Below, one piece after another: positions 17,848-27,108 of a stretch of 64,000 nucleotides of DNA (positions within the stretch are counted from its first letter, which is position 1; every line of letters starts with the position of its first letter). Under the pieces are notes generated by a model, which saw nothing but the letters and a program-made list of their open reading frames with translations, ran no database searches and had not been told where the DNA came from. The translations under genes and the position numbers were made by a program. This DNA is from Flavobacteriales bacterium (GTDB lineage Bacteria > Bacteroidota > Bacteroidia > Flavobacteriales_D > Parvicellaceae), in assembly GCA_038108155.1 (NCBI GenBank), contig JAYNHP010000002.1, positions 1,067-65,066 of the forward strand, in the 5' to 3' direction.

Positions 17848-19506
17848 TTAGAAATAACTTGTGAATCCAAGGTGAATTTTACCAGTTCTAATTAGAAATG
17901 GATTATCAATTTTTCTACCCAAACCATAAATCAAGGTTAGAAGACCATTTGGCATAGAGATATTTGTTCCAAACCCAAAACTTTGAAAATAATCTTCTCT
18001 TAAAAAATCATAAATTTTACTTTCAGTCCATGCAAAATCTGAGAAAAGAAAAACATTAGATTTCTCATCTAAAAGGTACCTAAATTCAAAATTCCCGAGA
18101 ATAAAGGAACTTACCCAAATAGATTCTTCATCAAACCCTCTAATAGTTTTATAGCCCCCTATCCTGGTTAATTCATTTTCGTAAAGAATATTATTTTGGA
18201 TAGTAGATGTAGAAAGTTTAATTTTAAAAGTAGTTCTATTTATTAGGCTTAGATAACTCGAAAAAGATAAATTTCCGTTAAAATTTGGAGATTTTAGGAT
18301 ATTACTAGACGCTGCGTCTATTGCATAAGTTTCTTTCCATCCATAAGCAATTTCACTTTTTATTTTAAATCCTCTTTTAGGGTTGAATGGATTGTCTAGT
18401 TTTTTAAAATCGGTTACAAATCCAAAACTATTAATTGAAGTGGAACTATAATCATCTTCTAAAAGATTCGTGGAGTTATTGTTAGTAAATAAAAAGCCAT
18501 TAGAAAAATTGGAGCTAGATTTATAATTTATAATCAGCTTTGAATTAAAATTAAAAAACGAACTATCTTTCTTTATCATATCTATTCCACCTTTAATCTC
18601 GAAATTTGTATTGAATAGGAAAGGATAGCTAAGTTCAGCAATAAGATTTTGTGAAGAGTTAAACATTCTTCTCCAATTAATTTTAAGTACTTCACCATAG
18701 CTCAAAGCATTTTGAAAATTTAGAGCTACATTTCCTGTGAATTGTACAGTTTCATTTTCACCAGGTTGAATACCAACAAGACCATTTATGCTATTTTTAG
18801 ATTGTGGTTTAAAATAGGTATATAAAGATGCTTTGTTGTCAATGAACTCATATGCAGGCGGTCTAATTTCTTGAATGAATCCTGTGTTTTTAATATTTTC
18901 ACTTATTTTATAAATTTTATTTAGTTCAAATAAATCTCCATTTCTAATGTCTGAAAATTTATATATAAGTTGAAGTTCTTTTTTTGTTATTTCTGGATTT
19001 ATAATAGAATCAATTTTAACTAAAGGCCCCGTAATTAAGTTACATATTAAATTAATTTTTGAATTTATAATTTCACTTTTTTGAAATTCAAACTCTGCAA
19101 ATGGAAATCCGTTGTTGTTCATTAGAATAATCCATTTTTTTATTCTTTTAGAAAAATCATTGGCATTAAAATAAGTTTTCTCGCTATTGAAATCTTCTCT
19201 AAGTTTAAGATTTAAAGAATTTGGTAAATTTACTTCTATACTGTTTACAGAAATAAGATTTCCAGTCTGTAGATATATTTTTAATCTTTGATTTTTTAGA
19301 TTTACAGAATCAACATTGCATGTAAAGTATCCACTTTCTATTTCTTTAAGTAAAATATTATTTACTAGTTCTCTAACATTATTAGAACTAGTTTTTTCAG
19401 CTTTAAAAAGTTCTAGATTCTTATAAATCTCTAAGAAATTTACTTGTTGCCCAAAAAGTAATATTGGAAATAAAAAGATTAACACTATTATTTTCTTTGA
19501 ATCCAT
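17848..19506 (-). CDS. Omp85/BamA-like outer-membrane protein (bacterial surface antigen family)
   Basis: Signal peptide, N-terminal POTRA-like region, a C-terminal beta-barrel with alternating pattern and a terminal ...GFTSYF. I prefer the ATG at 19506 to the TTG at 19515. Confidence 0.65.
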   Translation of the reverse strand: MDSKKIIVLIFLFPILLFGQQVNFLEIYKNLELFKAEKTSSNNVRELVNNILLKEIESGYFTCNVDSVNLKNQRLKIYLQTGNLISVNSIEVNLPNSLNLKLREDFNSEKTYFNANDFSKRIKKWIILMNNNGFPFAEFEFQKSEIINSKINLICNLITGPLVKIDSIINPEITKKELQLIYKFSDIRNGDLFELNKIYKISENIKNTGFIQEIRPPAYEFIDNKASLYTYFKPQSKNSINGLVGIQPGENETVQFTGNVALNFQNALSYGEVLKINWRRMFNSSQNLIAELSYPFLFNTNFEIKGGIDMIKKDSSFFNFNSKLIINYKSSSNFSNGFLFTNNNSTNLLEDDYSSTSINSFGFVTDFKKLDNPFNPKRGFKIKSEIAYGWKETYAIDAASSNILKSPNFNGNLSFSSYLSLINRTTFKIKLSTSTIQNNILYENELTRIGGYKTIRGFDEESIWVSSFILGNFEFRYLLDEKSNVFLFSDFAWTESKIYDFLREDYFQSFGFGTNISMPNGLLTLIYGLGRKIDNPFLIRTGKIHLGFTSYF

Positions 19507-19508
19507 AT

Positions 19509-20174
19509 TTACCAAATAATCTCTTTTAAATGATTTGATTTTAAGAACTTATTTGCCTTAGAAAAATGTTTGCAACCAAAAAAACCTCTGTAGGCAGAAA
19601 GAGGGGATGGGTGAGGTGCCTTCAATATAAGATGCTTTTTAAAGTCTATTAAAACTTCCTTTTTCTGGGCATAATTTCCCCATAGTATAAAAACCACTTT
19701 ACTTTTTAATAACGAAATTTGTTTTAAGATAGTATTTGTAAATAAATCCCATCCTAAATTATTATGAGAGTTTGCAGTTCCTAACCTTACAGTTAATGAA
19801 GAATTTAATAAAAGAACACCTTGATTTGCCCAAGATTCAAGATTTTTTTTAGTTTGAGGATTGTATTTCAAATCGTTTTTAATTTCTTTAAATATATTTT
19901 TTAAAGAGGGAGGAGTATTTTGATTTTCGTTAACTGCAAATGCAAGTCCATTAGCCTGATCTTTGCCATGGTAGGGGTCTTGCCCTAAGATTACTATTTT
20001 CAAATCAGTAAAATTTGTTTTCTCAAATGCTTTGAAGATATTTTCTTTTTTTGGACACAATAGTTCTTTAGAGCTACAATTTTTTACTTCGCTATTTATT
20101 TTTTGAAAATATTTTTTTGAAAACTCTTTTTCAAATATGGTTATCCATTCTTTATGTAATTTTTTTGTATTCAA
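19509..20174 (-). CDS. ung: uracil-DNA glycosylase
   Basis: Motifs GQDPYHG, GVLLLN and HPSPLSA. Confidence 0.95.
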   Translation of the reverse strand: MNTKKLHKEWITIFEKEFSKKYFQKINSEVKNCSSKELLCPKKENIFKAFEKTNFTDLKIVILGQDPYHGKDQANGLAFAVNENQNTPPSLKNIFKEIKNDLKYNPQTKKNLESWANQGVLLLNSSLTVRLGTANSHNNLGWDLFTNTILKQISLLKSKVVFILWGNYAQKKEVLIDFKKHLILKAPHPSPLSAYRGFFGCKHFSKANKFLKSNHLKEIIW

Positions 20175-20270
20175 TTTATTTCTAATTTTACAACAATTAA
20201 ATAAAAGTCATTTGATTTCATTGTTGGTATTTCTTTTTTAATAATTTTGTTAATAGATATTTTGAAAATC

Positions 20271-20447
20271 ATGAAAAAATTATTCACTTACTCATTTGCA
20301 ATTATTGTTTTATCCTCTCTTTCTTCTTGTTTTGTATTTCAACCACCGCAGAAAACTTGTCCAGCTTACAGCTTAAACCCTCAAGAGGAAAATCCTAAAG
20401 AGTTAATTACATTGCAAGATAAAAAAACTAAAAAAGCCAACTTTTAA
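20271..20447 (+). CDS. small putative lipoprotein (58 aa)
   Basis: MKKLFTYSFAIIVLSSLSSC lipobox followed by a short polar tail. The internal ATG is preferred to the TTG at 20247. Confidence 0.4.
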   Translation: MKKLFTYSFAIIVLSSLSSCFVFQPPQKTCPAYSLNPQEENPKELITLQDKKTKKANF

Positions 20448-20523
20448 CTAAAGTCTTTTATTTGTTTTAAACTTTCCTTTAAACAATTCTTTTTATTCTA
20501 CATTTTCTCTATTTTTGCTATTC

Positions 20524-21276
20524 ATGTGTAGAATAGCAATATTAACTTTATTACTTATTTTTCAGTTATTTTCTGCTTCAATGTTTTCTCAGATTCCTGT
20601 AAATGAGAAATTAATGGTGAGAATAACTAAAGAGATATGGTTGGGAGCTACTGTTCACTCTAGCGGTTTTGCGTTGAACTATGGTATGTCAAAGTTTAAG
20701 ACTTTTAAGAAAAAATCGTTAATTAACGTAGATTTAGTAAGTATAAATCATGACAAGGAGTACAAAATATTTGGATCCTTTGACGAAAATGCAAAGAAAT
20801 TTATTTTCGGCAAATTTAACTCTCTTTACACTGTAAGATTTGGTTTTGGTAATAGAAAAATTTTATACGAAAAGTTAAGAGAAAATGGTTTACAGATTTC
20901 AATGAATTATACTGTAGGACCATCTTTAGGTTTAGTAAAGCCAGTTTTTTTAGAAGTTTTTAAATACGATTTTTCTGGCAGAATTGCAGGAATTGCTACT
21001 GAAAGATACGATCCCGAATTACATAATTTTTACAATATTTATGGTAGGGCATCTTGGACAGCTGGTTTAATGGAAACAAAAATTAATCCAGGTATGTTTT
21101 TTAAGTTTGGTCTTGATTTTGATTATTCAAGTAATCGAGATATCATAAATTCTTTGGAGGTTGGAGCTTGTCTGGATGTCTTTTCTAAGCCTGTGATTTT
21201 AATGGTAGAAAATAACAACTACAGGTTTTATCCTAGTGTATATATTAATTGTTCTATTGGAAATAAATTTTATTAA
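20524..21276 (+). CDS. hypothetical exported protein, possible outer-membrane beta-barrel
   Basis: Signal peptide ([20 protein letters not shown]), alternating hydrophobic pattern and a C-terminal aromatic residue (..NKFY). TAATG junction with lipA. Confidence 0.5.
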   Translation: MCRIAILTLLLIFQLFSASMFSQIPVNEKLMVRITKEIWLGATVHSSGFALNYGMSKFKTFKKKSLINVDLVSINHDKEYKIFGSFDENAKKFIFGKFNSLYTVRFGFGNRKILYEKLRENGLQISMNYTVGPSLGLVKPVFLEVFKYDFSGRIAGIATERYDPELHNFYNIYGRASWTAGLMETKINPGMFFKFGLDFDYSSNRDIINSLEVGACLDVFSKPVILMVENNNYRFYPSVYINCSIGNKFY

Positions 21277-22136
21277 TGAGTGTTAACGCTGCTGTAAAAA
21301 CTAAAAAGCCAAAATGGCTTAAAGTAAAATTACCTACTGGGGAATCTTATAAAAAAGTAAGAAATCTTGTTACCGAACACAAACTACATACAATTTGTGA
21401 AAGTGGAAATTGTCCAAATATGGGTGAATGTTGGGGAGCAGGCACTGCTACTTTTATGATTTTAGGTAATGTTTGTACAAGGTCTTGTGGCTTTTGTGCA
21501 GTTGCTACTGGGAGACCTGAAGCTGTAGATGTCTTTGAGCCAGGTAGAGTAGCTAACTCTGTTAAATTGATGAAAGTTAAACATGCGGTTATTACATCTG
21601 TAGATCGTGACGACTTGTCTGATGGAGGTTCTAATATTTGGGTCAGTACTGTTAAAGCTATTCGAAGACAATCTCCTACTACTACATTAGAGACTTTAAT
21701 TCCAGATTTTGCTGGGATTTGGGAAAATTTAAATAACATAATAGAAGTTGCTCCAGAAATTGTTTCTCATAACATTGAAACTGTAAGAAGACTTACAAAA
21801 ACAATTAGAGTTCAAGCAAAATACAACAGAAGTTTAGAGGTTTTGTTGCGTCTTAAACAAGGTGGGATGAAAACGAAGTCTGGTTTAATGCTGGGATTAG
21901 GAGAGACCGAAGAAGAAGTTTTTGAAACACTTGAAGATTTAAGATCTGTAAAAGTTGATATTGTAACTATAGGTCAGTATTTACAACCAACTCCAAAACA
22001 CGCTCCTGTTAAAGATTTTATTACTCCAGAGCAGTTTACAAAATATAAAGAATTTGGTCTAAAAGCTGGGTTTAGATTTGTAGAAAGCGGTCCTTTGGTA
22101 AGGTCTAGTTACCATGCTGAAAAACACTTATTTTAA
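21276..22136 (+). CDS. lipA: lipoyl synthase
   Basis: Auxiliary cluster motif [12 protein letters not shown], radical-SAM CTRSCGFC and C-terminal RSSY. Confidence 0.97.
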   Translation: MSVNAAVKTKKPKWLKVKLPTGESYKKVRNLVTEHKLHTICESGNCPNMGECWGAGTATFMILGNVCTRSCGFCAVATGRPEAVDVFEPGRVANSVKLMKVKHAVITSVDRDDLSDGGSNIWVSTVKAIRRQSPTTTLETLIPDFAGIWENLNNIIEVAPEIVSHNIETVRRLTKTIRVQAKYNRSLEVLLRLKQGGMKTKSGLMLGLGETEEEVFETLEDLRSVKVDIVTIGQYLQPTPKHAPVKDFITPEQFTKYKEFGLKAGFRFVESGPLVRSSYHAEKHLF

Positions 22137-22223
22137 TTTGTTTAATTTATTTTTAAAAAAATTCATTCAACAACTGCTTGAATAATTTAATAATTTGTAT
22201 TTTTCGGTATAATTTTGAAATCC

Positions 22224-25200
22224 ATGAAAAAAATAGTTTTATATCCGTTGATGTCCTTAGGTGTTATATTATTTCTCTATACTTTTTCAAGAAATGAAAA
22301 CAATACCTCTAGAAAATATACTTTTAAACAAATTTCAGATACCAAAGCCTTTGCTGGTGCTAAGGGAGCCCAAGAGTATGCAGAATTAATGTATAAGGAT
22401 GTAGTTACTGGAAAAGTTGAATTAGCCAAATTGGCAGCGGCAAAAGACGAAGTTCTTCAAAGAATGCAGTCAAGATCGACTAATTTAAGTTTTATTGAAG
22501 AAGGACCAGACAATGTTGGTGGTAGAACAAGAGGAATTGCCATTGATCCAAATGATGACAATGTAATGTATGCAGGTTCTGTTTCAGGTGGTCTTTTCAA
22601 AACTGTAAATGGTGGTTCGAATTGGACAAGAGTCCAAGAATTTGATAATGCCATGGTTAATAGTGCTGGTGGTGTGGGTTCGCTTGGTATTTCATCTATC
22701 GCTTTTTCTGCAAATGGTAACATTTTATATATTGCCACTGGAGGTTCGAGGTTTGGTGAAGGTCTCATCGATGGTGATGGAGTTTGGGTAAGTTCAAACA
22801 TCAATACTAGTTCCCCAACTTTTAATCAAATCCCAGGCACAGATAATAAAGATATTTTGAAAGTAGTTACCAACCCAAACGACCCTAATGGTGCTTACTT
22901 TGTTGGTATGGGTGTTGGATTAAATAAAATTGAACAGGGAATGAATGTTATCCCTGAAGCTAATACTATTTCTGGAATTCCTACTAACGCTACAATTGGT
23001 GACTTCAAAGTTTCAGAAGATGGCCAAGTTATGATATTAGGTTTAGACCAAGGTGGTATAAGATCATGGATTAGCCAAGATGGAGGTGTTAATTGGACTG
23101 ATTTGCATTCTAATGGTGAATTATCAGGAACTGGTACAATTAGAGGAGAATATGCAATTTCTAAGAACAAAAATGACGCAAATAACTACACTCTTTATGC
23201 TCTATTTGCATCTTCTGCTGGTACACTTGGCGGAGTTTACAGATCTGTAGATAATGGAACTACCTGGTATCAAATAGCTCCAGGTGCTACTGGTAATTTT
23301 ACTCCTCTAACATCGAGAAGCGGTCAAGGTAACTATGATTTGGTCGTTATATCTAGACCCGATGGCGAAGAATGTATTATTGGTGGAATTGACTTATGGT
23401 CTTGGGTACATACTCCAAATTCTGCTGATCCCGAAAATGGCCAATGGTATGCAGTTTCTGCTTGGTATGTAGATCCATCTGTTCCTATTTACATTCATGC
23501 TGACAACCATCGTCTCTTATGGAAAAATGATTACACGTTACTAGTTGGTAATGATGGTGGTGTTCAAGTAAGAACAGGTAGTTCTGGTACTAATCAATTC
23601 GGATCTGTAATAAACAAAGGTTACAATGTCACTCAGTTTTACTCGATGGCTTTTGGTGGTAATGGCTCTGTAATTGCAGGTGCTCAAGATAATGGTACTC
23701 AGTACAAGGATAACTCTTTACCTTGGTCTAAAGAATTTGCCGAGGTTTCTGGTGGAGATGGTTTCGAATGTGAAATTTCCTATTTAAACAGCAATGCGTT
23801 TGTGACTACTGTATATAATGGTTCCATCTCTAGATCAAGCGATAGAGGAACTACTAGTCAATCTGTTCCTGCTCCATGTACAGGAATTGTTGGAGAAAAC
23901 TGTGGACCTTTTTACAACGCCATTGCACTTATGGAAAATCCTGAAGATTTAAATACTAAAGATTCTGTAGTATATGTTCCTAATGAAGATAAATTAATTG
24001 GAGATACCATTACTTACTACAGTAAATCATTTGGGATTCCTATCAAACATGTTTTAACCCAAAGCCTAAATGTATATGATACAATGAATATCGTTGGTAC
24101 TGATACATTTGTAACAGTTACTGGTGCTGACACTCTTACTCTACCAGATTATGTTCAATCTTATTTTATAACTCAAAATGACGCTTCAGTTTACGTTACA
24201 AGAGATATGATGAGATTTACTACTGTTCCCGAATGGTGGAGAATTTATAATTTATCAAGTTCAATAAGAAGCTTTGAAATTTCACATGACATGAACTATG
24301 CTTGGTGTGGTTCTTACAATGGAAGCCTCGTTAGGATAACAGGCTTAGGAAATGCATATTCCAAACAAGAAGCTGATATTGCATATAGACCATCAGCAAC
24401 TGATACTTTGATAGAAATTGCTACTGGTAATATTGTAACTGGTTCTTTAGTCAATCAAATTAATTTTGCTCAGGACGGAAATCTATATACAAAACAAAAT
24501 GGTTCAGAAATTTTATATAAAGTTCATTACGAAAGTGTATCTAACTTCCCAGGAACTATAACTGACATTTCTGTAGACCCAAACAACCCAGACAATGTAT
24601 GCGTAGTTACTTCTGGAACATCAACCAATCATGTATATTATTCAACCAATGCAACATCCTCAAATCCTTCATTTAATTCTATTGATGGTGATTTACCAGA
24701 TATGCCGGTTTTTGGATGTATTATTGAGAGAGATCCTGCTACAGATGTTATTATAATTGGAACTACATACGGCGTCTTTTCAACCGACAACATTGCTGGA
24801 TCTAGTACAAATTGGGTATCTAATAACACTGAGATTGGGACTATTCCAGTTTATGATATTTGTCAACAGTGGAGAGATTGGGAAGATCCTATGGAAGGCG
24901 GATACAGACAAGTTAATAATCCTGGAGCAATTTATGCATGTACTTATGGAAGAGGAGTTTGGAGAGCAGATAATTTACTTTCTTTTTCTGAACCAATAGT
25001 TCAAAATGAAGTTTCTGAAAATATATCTTCTACTAAAATTTATCCTAACCCTGTAGTCCAAAACGCGAATCTTTCATTTGAACTAAATCGTTCTAGTCTT
25101 GTAAATATTTCAATCTACAATTTGAATGGAAGTTTAGTTAAGACACTATATGACAATGTCAGAATGAATAAAGGAAATAATATTTCCCAAATAAATGCTT

Positions 25201-25280
25201 CCGAACTATCCATGGGAACTTATATAGTTGTTATGAAAGCCGATGAAGAACAAGAAGTAGTCAAATTTATAAAGTACTAA
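22224..25280 (+). CDS. BNR/Asp-box repeat (sortilin/VPS10-like) secreted protein with T9SS C-terminal sorting domain
   Basis: Signal peptide, Asp-box motifs (SQDGGVNW, SVDNGTTW, NGGSNW) and a C-terminal ~80 aa (IYPNPV...LSF....ISIYNLNG.LV.....GTYIVV...) typical of the type A Por/T9SS sorting domain. Confidence 0.8.
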   Translation: MKKIVLYPLMSLGVILFLYTFSRNENNTSRKYTFKQISDTKAFAGAKGAQEYAELMYKDVVTGKVELAKLAAAKDEVLQRMQSRSTNLSFIEEGPDNVGGRTRGIAIDPNDDNVMYAGSVSGGLFKTVNGGSNWTRVQEFDNAMVNSAGGVGSLGISSIAFSANGNILYIATGGSRFGEGLIDGDGVWVSSNINTSSPTFNQIPGTDNKDILKVVTNPNDPNGAYFVGMGVGLNKIEQGMNVIPEANTISGIPTNATIGDFKVSEDGQVMILGLDQGGIRSWISQDGGVNWTDLHSNGELSGTGTIRGEYAISKNKNDANNYTLYALFASSAGTLGGVYRSVDNGTTWYQIAPGATGNFTPLTSRSGQGNYDLVVISRPDGEECIIGGIDLWSWVHTPNSADPENGQWYAVSAWYVDPSVPIYIHADNHRLLWKNDYTLLVGNDGGVQVRTGSSGTNQFGSVINKGYNVTQFYSMAFGGNGSVIAGAQDNGTQYKDNSLPWSKEFAEVSGGDGFECEISYLNSNAFVTTVYNGSISRSSDRGTTSQSVPAPCTGIVGENCGPFYNAIALMENPEDLNTKDSVVYVPNEDKLIGDTITYYSKSFGIPIKHVLTQSLNVYDTMNIVGTDTFVTVTGADTLTLPDYVQSYFITQNDASVYVTRDMMRFTTVPEWWRIYNLSSSIRSFEISHDMNYAWCGSYNGSLVRITGLGNAYSKQEADIAYRPSATDTLIEIATGNIVTGSLVNQINFAQDGNLYTKQNGSEILYKVHYESVSNFPGTITDISVDPNNPDNVCVVTSGTSTNHVYYSTNATSSNPSFNSIDGDLPDMPVFGCIIERDPATDVIIIGTTYGVFSTDNIAGSSTNWVSNNTEIGTIPVYDICQQWRDWEDPMEGGYRQVNNPGAIYACTYGRGVWRADNLLSFSEPIVQNEVSENISSTKIYPNPVVQNANLSFELNRSSLVNISIYNLNGSLVKTLYDNVRMNKGNNISQINASELSMGTYIVVMKADEEQEVVKFIKY

Positions 25281-25300
25281 AATTTATATAAATTTTATTT

Positions 25301-25332
25301 AAAAAAAGACCCTGAATTATCAGGGTCTTTTT
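25301..25332 (+). terminator. rho-independent terminator
   Basis: AGACCCTG-aattat-CAGGGTCT stem-loop flanked by an A-run and a T-run, located 21 nt after the stop codon at 25280. Confidence 0.85.
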
Positions 25333-25352
25333 ACATTTACAAAAAAATTAAT

Positions 25353-26354
25353 ATGAGCAAAGTTAAAATTGGAATAAACGGTTTTGGAAGAATAGGTAGA
25401 ATGGTTTTTAGATCATGCCTAAAAAGAGACAATGTTGAAGTTGTTGCGATTAATGATTTACTAGATATAGAGCATTTAGCATATTTACTAAAATACGATT
25501 CTGTGCACGGTATTTGCGATGCAGAAATTTCTGTAAAAAATAACCAATTATATGTGAATGGAAGGCATATTAGAATAACTGCAGAACGTGATCCTAAACT
25601 TCTCAAATGGAATGAAGTTGACGTAGATGTAGCTGTAGAGTGTACTGGAATATTTACAACTTTGGAACTTGCTCAGTACCATATTGATGGAGGAGCAAGA
25701 AAAGTAGCTATCTCCGCACCTTCAAAAGATGCTCCTATGTTTGTAATGGGTGTTAACCATAATGATATTAAGTCATCTGATTTAATTGTTTCTAACGCTT
25801 CTTGTACGACAAATTGTTTAGCTCCACTCGCTAAAGTTTTAAATGATTCATATGGTATAGATGAAGCTTTAATGACTACAGTTCATGCGGCAACTGCTAC
25901 TCAATTTGTTGTAGATGGTCCATCAAAAAAAGACTATAGAGGAGGAAGAAGTTCCTTGGTTAATATTATACCAGCTTCTACAGGAGCTGCTAAAGCTGTA
26001 ACTAAGGTTATTCCAAGTCTTGTAGGTAAAATAACAGGGATGGCTTTTAGAGTACCAACTGCAAATGTTTCTGTGGTAGATCTTACTGTTAAGCTAAGTA
26101 AAAATACGTCTTATGATCATGTTATGGAGACATTAAAAAAGGCTTCTGAAAATGAGCTAAATGGAATTTTAGGATACACAGAAGAGCTAGTCGTATCACA
26201 AGATTTTGTTGGAGATGCTAGAACTTCAATAGTAGATGCAAAAGCTGGTATTCAACTTAATGAATCTTTCTATAAAATTATTAGCTGGTACGATAATGAA
26301 GCTGGCTATTCAAATAAACTGATTGATCTTTCTGCTCTTATAAGCAGTATGTAA
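25353..26354 (+). CDS. gap: glyceraldehyde-3-phosphate dehydrogenase
   Basis: [12 protein letters not shown] motif, active site [12 protein letters not shown] and WYDNE. Confidence 0.97.
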   Translation: MSKVKIGINGFGRIGRMVFRSCLKRDNVEVVAINDLLDIEHLAYLLKYDSVHGICDAEISVKNNQLYVNGRHIRITAERDPKLLKWNEVDVDVAVECTGIFTTLELAQYHIDGGARKVAISAPSKDAPMFVMGVNHNDIKSSDLIVSNASCTTNCLAPLAKVLNDSYGIDEALMTTVHAATATQFVVDGPSKKDYRGGRSSLVNIIPASTGAAKAVTKVIPSLVGKITGMAFRVPTANVSVVDLTVKLSKNTSYDHVMETLKKASENELNGILGYTEELVVSQDFVGDARTSIVDAKAGIQLNESFYKIISWYDNEAGYSNKLIDLSALISSM

Positions 26355-26364
26355 TTTACTGATA

Positions 26365-27108
26365 TTAAAACTTCTTAAGCTCGGTAGTTTTTCCATCATA
26401 AACTGCGTAAGTGAAGTGGTTTATCCAATCGCCTAAATTTATATACGTACAATCTTTATCTAATTTGTGTTCTATAGGGAAATGTCTATGGCCAAAAATA
26501 AAATAATTAATTTCTTTATTTTTTTGATATTCTTCTTTACTAAATTGAATTAACCATTCCTTTTCTTCTCCCATAAATGAAGGACTACCCTCTTTTTCAT
26601 TTTCTCTGCTTTTCCTAGACCAATACTTTGCTAATGAAAAACTTAAATTAGGGTGAATTTTAGAAAATAACCATTGACAAAATGGGTTAGTAAAAAACTT
26701 TTTAATGATTTTATATTTGTTATCTCCTGGTCCAAGTCCATCTCCGTGTCCAATAAAAAAAACAGTACCATCTATATCCCTTGAAATTGGGTTTTTATGT
26801 ACTGTTACTCCAATTTCTTTTTCTAAGTAACCAAACATCCACAGGTCGTGATTTCCAGTAAAAATATGGATGTCAATACCATTATCTTTTAAGGCTGCAA
26901 GCTTGCCAAGAAACCTAGTGTTTCCCTTTGGAATAGTATGCTTGTGTTCAAACCAAAAATCAAAAATATCTCCAACAAGAAAAATTTCTTTTGCTTCGTT
27001 TTCAATAGAAGATAACCAACGGATTATTTTATCCTCTCTTTCTTTAGTATCATTATGACTTCCTAAATGGAAATCAGATGTAAAATATATTTTAGTTCTA
27101 TTTTTTAT
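26365..27108 (-). CDS. lpxH: UDP-2,3-diacylglucosamine diphosphatase; start codon non-canonical or uncertain
   Basis: Metallophosphoesterase motifs DFHLG, GDIFD, GNHD and GHRH lie in one continuous frame. The first ATG (26838) falls after motifs I-III. The proposed ATA start at 27108 forms ATAA with the upstream stop codon. Confidence 0.8.
   Translation of the reverse strand: MKNRTKIYFTSDFHLGSHNDTKEREDKIIRWLSSIENEAKEIFLVGDIFDFWFEHKHTIPKGNTRFLGKLAALKDNGIDIHIFTGNHDLWMFGYLEKEIGVTVHKNPISRDIDGTVFFIGHGDGLGPGDNKYKIIKKFFTNPFCQWLFSKIHPNLSFSLAKYWSRKSRENEKEGSPSFMGEEKEWLIQFSKEEYQKNKEINYFIFGHRHFPIEHKLDKDCTYINLGDWINHFTYAVYDGKTTELKKF

Noticed and set aside
21347-21739. A 130-aa minus-strand ORF, plus 21462..21671, inside lipA.
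   Set aside because: They are antisense to intact lipA, low-complexity and without motifs, so I treat them as shadow ORFs.
22165-22183. An ATTCAA-N7-TTGAAT hairpin after lipA, considered as a terminator.
   Set aside because: The stem is only 6 bp and mostly A/T, with no T-run, so it cannot be told apart from chance in AT-rich DNA.
22457-23170. Minus-strand ORFs of 115 and 91 aa, plus smaller plus- and minus-strand ORFs (22609..22791, 24638..24829, 24757..24999), inside the BNR/T9SS gene.
   Set aside because: They are antisense or off-frame within a continuous 1018-aa gene. Their Pro/Ser-rich translations are typical of the reverse frames of Gly/Asn/Thr-rich repeats.
26870-27058. A 62-aa plus-strand ORF in the apparent gap between lpxH and the M1 peptidase.
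   Set aside because: The gap is not real. The minus strand here encodes the N-terminal metallophosphoesterase motifs of LpxH, in frame with 26365..26838.
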